Source: Candidatus Multivoradales bacterium
Lineage (GTDB): Bacteria > Acidobacteriota > Thermoanaerobaculia > Multivoradales > JAHEKO01
Assembly (NCBI GenBank): GCA_965223155.1
Contig: CBDCVR010000014.1
Span: forward strand, 768,001-832,000
Length of the DNA stretch: 64,000 nt
Reading direction: 5' to 3'
Position numbers and translations under genes: made by a program. The stretch's first letter is position 1, and every line of letters starts with the position of its first letter. The notes below the pieces were generated by a model. The model did not search any database and was not told where the DNA came from. It saw nothing but the letters and a program-made list of their open reading frames with translations. Below, one piece after another: positions 48,573 to 58,961 of the stretch.

Positions 48573-49282
48573 GACTCCGGGCTCCTGGCAACGGCCGAGA
48601 CAATGCCAGGCACGCCGGCCGGATGAAGGCCGGCTCCCTCGCCCTCGAAATGCGCCTCGATGCGCATGATGGGCCTGCCCTCGCGCATGTACTTGGCCTC
48701 GTAGTTGGTGCGGGCCCCGTCCGGCCAGGGCTCCGCGCGCGGCTCGACCCGGAGCTCGGGATGGCGGCCAAGCAGGTCCGCCACCGCCGCGCCATAGTCC
48801 GCATGGTCGGTGGCGGCCAGCAGCCGCCCCCCGGGCTCGAGCAACCTCAGCAGCAGATCGATCGACTCCGGATCGAGGAGGCGCCGTTCCTGATGCCGGC
48901 TCTTGGGCCACGGATCCGGGAAGTAGACGTGCACCGCACGAGCGAAGCGCCGCGGCAGGACCGCGGCGGTCAGGAATCTGGCTTCGCCGCGGAGCAGGAC
49001 GAAGTTACCGAGACCGCGGCGACGAGCCCGGCGACGGGCCATGCGGTAGTACTTGGAGACCACTTCGATACCCACGAAGCCGGTCTCCGGCCGGGCCGCG
49101 CAGCGACCGAGGAGGAAGCGGCCCTTGCCGAAGCCGATCTCGATCTCCCAACGCCGCGGCAAGCCTCGAGCCGGACCGGCCCGGTCGGGAGCCAAGAGCG
49201 CGTTCAGGTCCAGAGGCAGATCGACGCCTGCCAGCGTGGTATCGCCGGCCGGCGTCGCGATGCGAACCGGCAACGGCGTCAA
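48569..49282 (-). CDS. trmB: tRNA (guanine-N7)-methyltransferase
   Basis: EIGFGKGRFL, FVGIE, FPDPWPKSRHQERRL, ATDHADY, TNYEAKY. Confidence 0.9.
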   Translation of the reverse strand: MTPLPVRIATPAGDTTLAGVDLPLDLNALLAPDRAGPARGLPRRWEIEIGFGKGRFLLGRCAARPETGFVGIEVVSKYYRMARRRARRRGLGNFVLLRGEARFLTAAVLPRRFARAVHVYFPDPWPKSRHQERRLLDPESIDLLLRLLEPGGRLLAATDHADYGAAVADLLGRHPELRVEPRAEPWPDGARTNYEAKYMREGRPIMRIEAHFEGEGAGLHPAGVPGIVSAVARSPES

Positions 49283-50355
49283 AGCAGATCGGTCCGGCGT
49301 CGGCGCCGGAGCTCTTCGACCAACTTCTTGACGTCCTGGGCCCGCTCGCGAGGCACCACCAAGACGGCGTCCTCCGTCCGCACCACGACGAGGTCGCGAA
49401 CTCCGACCACCGCCACCGTGCCGCTCTCGCCGATCAGGCAGTTGTTCGAAGCATCCACTGCGACCACGTCGCCGCTCAGAAAATTGCCCTCGGGCGTCGT
49501 CTCCACGACGTCAAAAAGCGCGGACCAAGATCCCAGGTCGCTCCAACCGCAGTCCAGCGGCAACGTCGCCAGGTCGTCACAACGCTCCATGACCGCGTAG
49601 TCGATCGAGATCCGGGGCAGCTCAGCGTACAGGCGATCGAGATCCTCAGGGTGCGAGCGGATCCGCTCGAGCCCTTCGGCCAGATCCGGGACGTGCTCGG
49701 CGACGAGCTCCAGCAGCCGGCCGCCCCGCAAGATGAAGATCCCCGCGTTCCAGAGATGACGACCGCCCTCGAGATAGGTCCGAGCGGTCTCGGCATCCGG
49801 CTTTTCGCGGAAGTGGGCAACCCGGCGAAGCCCCGAAGCGTCATCCAGAACCTCCCCGAGCTCGAGATAGCCGTAGCCGGTCTCGGGCCGGCTGGGCACG
49901 ACTCCCAGGGTCAGAACCCGGTCGGTCGCGGCCACCGCCGAGCAGGCGGCGCCCAGGGTCGTTCGGAAGGCCGCCGGCTCGGCCACCGGATGATCGGCGG
50001 GCAGGACGCACACCACCGAGGCGTCGGCCTCCATCTCGCCCAACGCCCACGCGATAGCCGCCGCGGTATCCCGGCCCTCGGGCTCGACCAGGATCCGGGA
50101 GGAGTCGAGCTCGGGAAGCTCGGCGGCGATCGCATCGGCCAGCTTCCGGGTTGTGCAGATCCAAACGTCGGCGACGTCAACGAGGCCTTCGAGTCGCGCC
50201 ACGGTCTGTCGCAACAAGCTCTCTTCGCCGCCCAGGCGCAGGAGCTGCTTGGGCCGGTCGCCGCGACTCGACGGCCAGAACCGGGTGCCGCTGCCCCCGG
50301 CCAAGATCAACGCCCGCGGCTTCGCGGCACCGGCTGAGTCCTGGCTCGGCATCAT
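49279..50355 (-). CDS. manC: Mannose-1-phosphate guanylyltransferase (no C-terminal isomerase domain)
   Basis: ILAGGSGTRFWPSSR...PKQLL, EPEGRDTA, PADH, PETGYGY, FREKPD, WNAGIF, SIDYAVME, WSDLGSW. Confidence 0.93.
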   Translation of the reverse strand: MMPSQDSAGAAKPRALILAGGSGTRFWPSSRGDRPKQLLRLGGEESLLRQTVARLEGLVDVADVWICTTRKLADAIAAELPELDSSRILVEPEGRDTAAAIAWALGEMEADASVVCVLPADHPVAEPAAFRTTLGAACSAVAATDRVLTLGVVPSRPETGYGYLELGEVLDDASGLRRVAHFREKPDAETARTYLEGGRHLWNAGIFILRGGRLLELVAEHVPDLAEGLERIRSHPEDLDRLYAELPRISIDYAVMERCDDLATLPLDCGWSDLGSWSALFDVVETTPEGNFLSGDVVAVDASNNCLIGESGTVAVVGVRDLVVVRTEDAVLVVPRERAQDVKKLVEELRRRRRTDLL

Positions 50356-50437
50356 GGCCGCCGAGCTTATCTGAGCTGCACCGGGGCCGGACCAGGATTG
50401 GACCGGAGCCGCACGAGACGCCTGCTATCGTCACGCG

Positions 50438-51418
50438 ATGAGCCGCTACCGCTTCCGAGACTGCGACGCCACCCCCGAGGGCGTCTACGCCGACCGCAGA
50501 GAGATTCTCAAGGCGCTGGGGCTGGGAACGCTCAGCCTGGCTACCGCCTCCGCCTGCTCGGTCGCCGCCGAGAGCGCGGCTCCCGACCGCGCCCGCATCT
50601 CCGAGCCCGCGGTCGGCGCCAAGTTCGCCGATCTCTTTCCTGCGGACCGTAGCGGCGGCTACGGTCTCGGAGACGATCGAGCCCTGACGCCCGAGCCCAT
50701 CGCGGCCGCCTACAACAACTTCTACGAGTTCACCACCGACAAGGAACGGGTCTGGGAGCTGGCCCAAGGCTACGCCGTGGATCCTTGGAAGGTCCGCGTC
50801 TCGGGCCTGGTCAAGAAGAAGCAGGCCCTGTCGCTCCAGGACGTCTTCCGGCGTCTCCCTTTGGAAGAGCGTCTCTACCGGTTCCGCTGCGTCGAGCGCT
50901 GGTCGATGCAGGTACCCTGGACAGGCTTTCCGCTACGGCGCTTGATCGACGAGCTCCAGCCCCTGGGCTCGGCGCGCTACGTACGGTTCGTCAGCCTCGA
51001 CGACCGCAAGATGCCCGGCGTCAAGGCGGCGCCCTGGTACCCCTGGCCGTACTTCGAGGGACTGCGCCTGGACGAGGCAGGGCACGATCTGGCCTTCGTC
51101 GCCGTGGGTATCTACGGCCATGCCCTACCGATGCAACACGGCGCTCCCTGGCGCATCATCGCGCCCTGGAAGTACGGCTACAAGAGCCCCAAATCGATCG
51201 CCGCCATCGAGTTCACCGAGCACGAGCCGGAGACCTTCTGGCACAAGACCATCCCGGACGAGTACGGCTTCTTCTCGAACGTCGATCCGGGCCGGCCCCA
51301 CCCGCGCTGGAGCCAGGCTCAGGAAACCGACATCGGCACCGGCGCAAAGCGCGCCACCCTGCTCTACAACGGCTACGCCGACGAGGTCGGCTCGCTCTAC
51401 CGCGGCGGCGAATTCTAG
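50438..51418 (+). CDS. msrP: Protein-methionine-sulfoxide reductase catalytic subunit (molybdoenzyme)
   Basis: TPEGVYADRREILK (Tat), YNNFYEF, EERLYRFRCVERWSM, YFEGLRLDEA, HGAPWR...PWKYGYKS, HPRWSQ, YNGYADEV. Confidence 0.93.
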   Translation: MSRYRFRDCDATPEGVYADRREILKALGLGTLSLATASACSVAAESAAPDRARISEPAVGAKFADLFPADRSGGYGLGDDRALTPEPIAAAYNNFYEFTTDKERVWELAQGYAVDPWKVRVSGLVKKKQALSLQDVFRRLPLEERLYRFRCVERWSMQVPWTGFPLRRLIDELQPLGSARYVRFVSLDDRKMPGVKAAPWYPWPYFEGLRLDEAGHDLAFVAVGIYGHALPMQHGAPWRIIAPWKYGYKSPKSIAAIEFTEHEPETFWHKTIPDEYGFFSNVDPGRPHPRWSQAQETDIGTGAKRATLLYNGYADEVGSLYRGGEF

Positions 51419-51448
51419 CCGGGGCCCGGTCTCGTCCAGATCGGCGGG

Positions 51449-52894
51449 TCAGGCCGCCAGCCGGTCGAGGGCCTCGTTGGCGAGGCGCCAGAGGAGCTCC
51501 ACCTCGGCGCAGCCGGTCTTGAGATTGCCGACGGCGACCCGCAAGACGAAGCGGTCGTCGAGCCGGGTATGGGACAGGAAGACGGCCCCGGAGCGGTTGA
51601 TCTCGGCCAGCAGAGCCTCGTTCAGGCGGTCGGTTCGCTGGGGATCCGCGTCCGGTGCCAGCGCTCGAAAGCAGACCGCGCTGAACGGGGCCGGAGCCAC
51701 GCGCTCGAAGCGCTCGGAGTCGTCGATCCAGCCGGCGAGGTCGCCGGCCAACCGGCAATGCTCGCGGATTCGGTCCCGCAGGCCACGCACGCCAAAGGCC
51801 CGAATCACCATCCACAGCTTGAGCGAGCGAAAGCGCCGGCCGAGCTGGAAGCCCGTGTCCATGAGATCGAATCCGGCTTCGTTAGCCGAGCGCAAGTACT
51901 CGGGAACCAGCGCAAAGGCCCGCCGCCACTCGTCCAGGTCCCGGACGAACAGGACCGAGCAGTCGACCGGAGTAAACAACCACTTGTGGGGATTGACGAC
52001 GATCGAATCGGCCCGCTCCCAGCCTTCGAAATGAGGCCGCATCTCGGGACAGACGGCAGCGCTGCCGGCGTAGGCGGCATCGACGTGGAGCCAGAGGCCG
52101 TACCGGGCGCAAACGGCGGCGATCTCGGCCACCGGATCGACGCTGGTCGTTGACGTGGTGCCCACGGTCGCGACCACCGCTACCGGTTTGCGCCCCGCCT
52201 CGAGATCGGCGGCGATGGCCGCCTCCAGGGCGTCAACCCGCATCGAGAAGCGCTCGTCGGCCGGCACGTGTCTGGTTCGTTCGAGTCCGATACCGAGGAC
52301 CATCGTCGCCTTGTCGACCGACGAGTGAGCCTGCTCGCTGCAGTACACGGTTACCGGGGGAGCGCCGGCCGCACCGCGCTCTCGGAACTCGGGAATCGCC
52401 CGGTGCCGAGCCGCAGCCAGCGCCAGCAGGGTACTGGTGGAGGCAGTATCGTTGATGTGTCCGGTAAACGTCTCTGGCAGACCGACCATCTGGCGCAGCC
52501 AGTCGCAGGTGCGACTCTCCAGCTCGGTCGCGGCCGGCGAGGTTTGCCACTTCATGGCATTGACGTTGACCGCCGCTGCCAGGCATTCCCCAACGATTCC
52601 CGGCACCGACCCGGTGATCGCGAAATAAGCCATGAACCCGGGATGGTTCCAGTGGTTCAGGTTGGGCTCGATCGTGTCCCGGAAGTCGTCCAGGATGTCG
52701 TCGAAGGCTTCGGGCTCCTCGGGCGGAGCCGACGGCAGCAGGCCGGCCACCTTTCCCGGGGCGATCTCGCCATAGACCGGCCTCTCAGGGAGCCCCTCCA
52801 GATAGCGGACGATCTCCTGCACTGTCCGGTCCAGGACGCGGCGAGCCTCGTCGACGGGCAGATCGCCCAAGGCCCCGGAAACCCGTCGAGTCAT
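51449..52894 (-). CDS. PLP-dependent group II decarboxylase (aromatic-L-amino-acid decarboxylase-like)
   Basis: HWNHPGFMAYF, SPAATELE, SEQAHSSVDK, ATVGTTS, WLHVDAAYAG, NPHKWL (PLP lysine), LGRRFRSLKLW. Confidence 0.92.
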   Translation of the reverse strand: MTRRVSGALGDLPVDEARRVLDRTVQEIVRYLEGLPERPVYGEIAPGKVAGLLPSAPPEEPEAFDDILDDFRDTIEPNLNHWNHPGFMAYFAITGSVPGIVGECLAAAVNVNAMKWQTSPAATELESRTCDWLRQMVGLPETFTGHINDTASTSTLLALAAARHRAIPEFRERGAAGAPPVTVYCSEQAHSSVDKATMVLGIGLERTRHVPADERFSMRVDALEAAIAADLEAGRKPVAVVATVGTTSTTSVDPVAEIAAVCARYGLWLHVDAAYAGSAAVCPEMRPHFEGWERADSIVVNPHKWLFTPVDCSVLFVRDLDEWRRAFALVPEYLRSANEAGFDLMDTGFQLGRRFRSLKLWMVIRAFGVRGLRDRIREHCRLAGDLAGWIDDSERFERVAPAPFSAVCFRALAPDADPQRTDRLNEALLAEINRSGAVFLSHTRLDDRFVLRVAVGNLKTGCAEVELLWRLANEALDRLAA

Positions 52895-52980
52895 ACCACT
52901 TGGCCCACTACGCCAGATCTATCACCACAGACCCGTTCCAGAGTCCGTCACGCCCGAGGGTCTGGCCCGACTGGCGGCGG

Positions 52981-54093
52981 TCAACCGCCGGCGCGGCGCA
53001 GCTCGTCGTCGATGATGGCGGAAATCGCCTCGTACGGCTGGGCGCCCGACAAGAACCGGCCGTTGATGAACACCGCCGGCGTTCCCGACACCCCGGCGCT
53101 GATGCCGGCGGCCAGATCGTCGTCGACCTGCTTGGCATAGCGCCCGCTGTCCAGGCATTCGTTGAAGGCCGTGGCGTCGAGGCCAAGCTCGGCGGCCTGC
53201 GATTTCAGGTCGGCCACCGCCAGCGCGCTCTGGTTCTCGAACATCGAGTCGTGCATCTCCCAGAACTTGTCCTGGTCCGAAGCACACAGCGAGGCCTCGG
53301 CCGCCTTCTGCGCTTCCGGATGGATACTGTGGAGCGGGAACTGACGAAAGACCAGCCGCACGTCCTCGGCATAGTTCTCGGCGACCTGCTTCAGAGTCGG
53401 CACGATGCGCGAGCAGTACGGACATTGGAAATCGGAGAACTCGACGATGGTCACCGCCGCCGACTCCGGGCCCAGGGCGGGACCGACCGCATCGACCGCG
53501 ATTCGCATCGGATCGAGAAAGCTCTGGGGCTCGTACTTGGCCTCGAGCGACTCCAGAAACTCAGCGTACCGCCCCTGCCGGCGCTGCTGCGTCAGAAATT
53601 GGCGAACGCGACCGGAGATCTGTTCGAGCGGCTGGTTGATCTGCGCCTTGCGCTGTTCGTAGAAGGCGTTGATCTCTTCTTCGGTGACCTGTGGGACCTT
53701 GCCGTCCACCTCGGTGGCGACGAGCTTTTCCACCGACACCCCGGTGGCAGCCGCCTCCATGTCCAGAAGCGCCTCCGCGATGGCCTGCTCCAGTCCCTGC
53801 TCGAGCGTCTGATGGCGCTGACGGTCCAGATCCCGCAGCTGCTGGGAGACCGCCTCCTCGACTTCTTCCTGGCGGATGACGCGATCGCCGATGCGCGCCA
53901 GAACGTCCGCTTCGGCCGGAGCCGGCTCGACCGCTTCGGCCTTGTCGGCCAGAAGCGCCGTCTCGGACGCGATCCAGTACCCCATGACCAGCACCGCCCC
54001 GAGGGCGATGATGAGGCCGATGCGGCCCAGCTTGCTGCGCTGGCTGTGATTGCCTGAAGGGCTCTGTTCGAGGCCGGGTTCGTCGAAGCTCAC
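52981..54093 (-). CDS. Membrane-anchored DsbA/BdbD-like thioredoxin-fold protein with SurA-like N-terminal helical domain
   Basis: TM, VLARIGDRVI, VTEEEINAFYE, VTIVEFSDFQCPYC, FRQFPL...HPEA, GVSGTP...SGAQP; GAAAGGA RBS. Confidence 0.9.
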   Translation of the reverse strand: MSFDEPGLEQSPSGNHSQRSKLGRIGLIIALGAVLVMGYWIASETALLADKAEAVEPAPAEADVLARIGDRVIRQEEVEEAVSQQLRDLDRQRHQTLEQGLEQAIAEALLDMEAAATGVSVEKLVATEVDGKVPQVTEEEINAFYEQRKAQINQPLEQISGRVRQFLTQQRRQGRYAEFLESLEAKYEPQSFLDPMRIAVDAVGPALGPESAAVTIVEFSDFQCPYCSRIVPTLKQVAENYAEDVRLVFRQFPLHSIHPEAQKAAEASLCASDQDKFWEMHDSMFENQSALAVADLKSQAAELGLDATAFNECLDSGRYAKQVDDDLAAGISAGVSGTPAVFINGRFLSGAQPYEAISAIIDDELRRAGG

Positions 54094-54339
54094 GGTGTTG
54101 TCCTTTCCCAGGGCACGGTGGTGGGCGCCTGCGCCGCAAGACCGCGCCGTCTTGTTCGTTCCAAGCTTGATGGTTCCAAGCCGAGTCGGCCGGCCGGAGT
54201 CGAAACTCCCGCCGGGCGGCCATCATACCGATCCGTCCCCGCGCCGGCCAAGTGCCGAGCCTCCTAGAGCCAGGCCAGCGCCAGGCCAGCGCCGGTCGAG
54301 CGCCTTCTCCGAACCCGTCAAAACCGTTTCAGGACGCGA

Positions 54340-55176
54340 TCAAGAACGGGCCACAGCCAGGGGAGCCAAGCGCCGGTGAATCCGGCCTTCCAGGATCCGG
54401 TCGGCGGGAATGCCGCGCAACCGCAGCCGCGGACCCTCGACCAGATCGGCGGCCAGGGCCAGCAGCGCCCGCCGCTCGCGCGCACTCGAAGCGCTCTCCG
54501 CCCGCGCCAGCACCGCGGCCGCGGCCCCCTCCCAGGGCTCCCGGGAGCGAACGTCGTTCCAGGACCATTCGCCGGCGAGCGCCGCCGCCGCCGCCACCAG
54601 CTCGCCGGCGTCGGACCGCTTCAAGAAAACGTCCACCGCCCGGCCGAAGGCGTCGGCCGCCGCCGCCACTTCGGCGCCACGAGGCCGGCTCGCACCGCCC
54701 AGGAAGATCGCCAACGATCGGCTCCGCAGGGTCGGCAACAGATCGAACTGCGACGGCGCCAGCAGCAGAAAGTGGCGCCGGGTGGTCCCGGGCGGTTCTT
54801 CCAAGGTCTTGAGCAGGACATTTGCCGCCTCTCCGGTCAAGGTCTCGGCTGCGGCCACCACGAAGACCTGAGCGCCGGCCTCGAACGGAGTCACGTGGGC
54901 GTCGCGCAGGAAGCCGCGGGCGGCGTCCACCGAAGTGGCGGTAGCGAGATCCCGCTCGAGCACGTGAAAGTCCGGATGAAACCCCGAAGCGTCGTCCGGC
55001 CATGCGATCCGCCGGCAGTGACGGCACGCGCCGCAGCCGTCTTGGGTCGCACACAGGATGGTCTTGGCCAGGGCGAGAGCGGCCTCGACGCGCCCCTCCC
55101 GGTCGCTGCCGTGCAGGATGAGCGACGGGTAGAGGCGATCGGCCCGGGCCAGCGCCAGCGTCTGGTCCAGGTTCAC
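54340..55176 (-). CDS. holB: DNA polymerase III subunit delta-prime
   Basis: C...CGACRHC zinc motif, HPDFH, AANVLLKTLEEPP, LLPTLRSR; overlaps the tmk stop (conserved tmk-holB order). Confidence 0.85.
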   Translation of the reverse strand: MNLDQTLALARADRLYPSLILHGSDREGRVEAALALAKTILCATQDGCGACRHCRRIAWPDDASGFHPDFHVLERDLATATSVDAARGFLRDAHVTPFEAGAQVFVVAAAETLTGEAANVLLKTLEEPPGTTRRHFLLLAPSQFDLLPTLRSRSLAIFLGGASRPRGAEVAAAADAFGRAVDVFLKRSDAGELVAAAAALAGEWSWNDVRSREPWEGAAAAVLARAESASSARERRALLALAADLVEGPRLRLRGIPADRILEGRIHRRLAPLAVARS

Positions 55177-55820
55177 GCTACCGCCGCCACCAGATCGTCG
55201 AGTACCGTCCGCACCTGGCGCTCGGTGCGCCTGCGGCTGCCGCTCGAATCGACCGTCCGGAAGCGTTCGGGCGCGGCCTCGGCCAGCGCCAAATAGCCGT
55301 CCCGTACGCGGCGGTAGAACTCCAGCTCCTCGGCATCCAACCGGTCGATCCCCCCGGGCTCGGCCCGGCGGGAAGCGCCCTGGCCGCGCTCGAAAGCGAG
55401 CTCGGCCGGCAAGTCGAAAAGCAAGGTGCGATCGGGCACCCGGCCGCCGGTAGCCAGGCGGTCGGTCTCGGCCAAGGTCTCAAGCGCGACTCCGCGCCCG
55501 TAGCCCTGATACGCCATCGTCGAATCCGTGAACCGGTCGCAAAGAACGACCTTGCCCGCGGCCAGCGCCGGATCGATCACCTCGATCAGGTGCTGGCGTC
55601 TGCTGGCGAAGACGATCAGGGCTTCCACGGTCCCGTCCACGGCCCCCGACGCCGGATCCAGAAAGACCGTGCGCAGTCCGTCGCCGAGGGCGGTGCCGCC
55701 CGGCTCATGGGTGACCACGGTCTCGACTCCGGCGCGTCGCAGCCAGGCCGCGGTGGCATCCAGATGCGTGGACTTGCCGCTGCCGTCGAGGCCCTCGAAG
55801 GTAACGAACATGCCGGCCAT
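55173..55820 (-). CDS. tmk: Thymidylate (dTMP) kinase
   Basis: FVTFEGLDGSGKST, THEPGGT, CDRFTDSTMAYQGYGRG, PDRTLLFD, FYRRVRDGY; TGCTATCTT 7 nt before ATG 55820. Confidence 0.96.
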   Translation of the reverse strand: MAGMFVTFEGLDGSGKSTHLDATAAWLRRAGVETVVTHEPGGTALGDGLRTVFLDPASGAVDGTVEALIVFASRRQHLIEVIDPALAAGKVVLCDRFTDSTMAYQGYGRGVALETLAETDRLATGGRVPDRTLLFDLPAELAFERGQGASRRAEPGGIDRLDAEELEFYRRVRDGYLALAEAAPERFRTVDSSGSRRRTERQVRTVLDDLVAAVA

Positions 55821-55968
55821 CGCGGCCAAGATAGCACGCGGGTTCGAGGCCACCGGACACGGCATTCTTGACAAGCGCGGCTCGTTTGACGAGGATTCCC
55901 GCTGTCCTCGATCGCTCGGCCGAACCTCCATCGCACCCTGCAGCCACGAGGACCCAACGACCCACCCC

Positions 55969-57102
55969 ATGAAGCTCCTGGTACCTCGCGAGAGCGATCC
56001 CGAAGAACACCGCGTGGCGGCCACGCCGGAGACCGTCTCCCATCTCTCCGAACTCGGGGCGACGATTCTCGCCGAGAGCGGCGCCGGCGCGGAAGCGGGA
56101 TTCTCCGACGGCGAGTACGTCCAAGCGGGGGCGGCGATCGCCGGCACGGACGCCTGGGCCGAAACCGACGGAGTGCTCAAGGTCGGACCGGCAAGCGCCG
56201 ACGAAGCCGGGCGACTCCGCCGCGGCGGCCTGCTGGTCGGGCTGCTCGAGCCCGACCGCCACCTCGACGCGGTCCGCGTCCTGGCCGAGCGCGAAGCCAC
56301 GGCGCTCGCGCTCGAGCTCGTGCCCCGCATCACCCGCGCGCAGTCGATGGACGCGCTCTCGTCCCAGGCTTCGATTGCCGGATACAAAGCCGTGGTCCTG
56401 GCGGCCAGCCGTCTCGGACGCTACTTTCCGCTACTTATGACCGCGGCGGGCACCGTCCCTCCAGCCAAGGTCGTCGTCATCGGCGCGGGCGTGGCCGGAC
56501 TCCAGGCCATCGCCACCGCCAAGCGGCTCGGCGCCCTGGTCGAGGTCTCGGACGTGCGCCCGGCGGTCAAGGAGCAGGTCGAGTCTCTAGGCGGACGCTA
56601 CATCGACGTGCCCGATTCCGAAGCCGCCGTCGGCGAGGGCGGCTACGCCAAGGAAGTCACCCAGGATTTTCTGAACCGGCAGCGTGAGATCTTGACTCAG
56701 CACATTGCCGCCGCCGACGTCGTCATCACGACTGCGTTAGTCCCGGGCCGGCCGGCGCCGCGCATCGTCAGCCAGGCGATGATCGCAGGCATGAAGCCGG
56801 GATCGGTGGTTGTAGACATCGCGGCGCCGCGCGGCGGCAACTGCGAACCGACCTGCCCCGGCGAGGAGGTCGTCCACAACGGCGTTCTGATCCTGGGTCC
56901 GGTCAACCTACCGGCCACCATGGCTCACGACGCCAGCACCTTGTACGCCCGCAACATCCAGGCGCTAGTGGAGCTCGTCCTCACCGATGGCGAGCTCGCC
57001 GTCGATCCCGAGGACGAGATCCTGGCCGGCTGCCTGCTGACCCACCAGGGCAAGGTCGCGCACGCCGCCACCCGCGAGCTCCTCCAAGAGAAGGTCTCCT
57101 GA
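55969..57102 (+). CDS. pntA: NAD(P) transhydrogenase subunit alpha, part 1 (domain I)
   Basis: EHRVAATPETV, PRITRAQSMDALSSQ, GAGVAGLQAIATA, GEGGYAK, ITTALVPGRPAP, GGNCE; TTGACA at 55868-55873. Confidence 0.95.
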   Translation: MKLLVPRESDPEEHRVAATPETVSHLSELGATILAESGAGAEAGFSDGEYVQAGAAIAGTDAWAETDGVLKVGPASADEAGRLRRGGLLVGLLEPDRHLDAVRVLAEREATALALELVPRITRAQSMDALSSQASIAGYKAVVLAASRLGRYFPLLMTAAGTVPPAKVVVIGAGVAGLQAIATAKRLGALVEVSDVRPAVKEQVESLGGRYIDVPDSEAAVGEGGYAKEVTQDFLNRQREILTQHIAAADVVITTALVPGRPAPRIVSQAMIAGMKPGSVVVDIAAPRGGNCEPTCPGEEVVHNGVLILGPVNLPATMAHDASTLYARNIQALVELVLTDGELAVDPEDEILAGCLLTHQGKVAHAATRELLQEKVS

Positions 57103-57454
57103 TGGGCGAGCTTCTAATCGGACTCTACGTCCTCGTCCTCGCCATCTTCGTGGGCTTCGAGATCATCACCAAGATTCCGCCCACCCTGCACACACCCTTG
57201 ATGTCGGGCGCCAACGCGATCTCGGGCATCACACTCATCGGCGCGATCCAGGCGGCGCGCTCGGGCTCGGTCGAAGTCTCGAGCGTCCTCGCCTTCCTGG
57301 CCATCGTCTTCGCCACGATCAACGTCGTCGGCGGCTTCCTGGTCACCGACCGCATGCTGGCCATGTTCCGATCAGGCCGATCGGGCCGATCGGGTCGATC
57401 AGGTGGGGCCAAGCAAGCCGCGGCCGACTCGTCCGGTCCCTCGGAGAGCGGCTG

Positions 57455-57455
<1 letters not shown>
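57102..57455 (+). CDS. pntA: NAD(P) transhydrogenase subunit alpha, part 2 (membrane)
   Basis: PPTLHTPLMSGANAISGI, NVVGGFLVTDRMLAMF. Confidence 0.95.
57369..57404 (+). repeat. 9-bp tandem repeat x4 (CGATCRGGY, encodes RSG) in the pntA2 tail
   Basis: cgatcaggc cgatcgggc cgatcgggt cgatcaggt. Confidence 0.85.
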
Positions 57456-58852
<1,397 letters not shown>

Positions 58853-58961
58853 GGGCCCGGCCGGGCCGGTAGACCGCCCTGGCGAGATGGGGGCGCGCAG
58901 CCGGCCCTGATCGCACAGGCCACCGAGGCTTGCAGGCGGCGGGCCTTGCTAGAGTAGCGAG

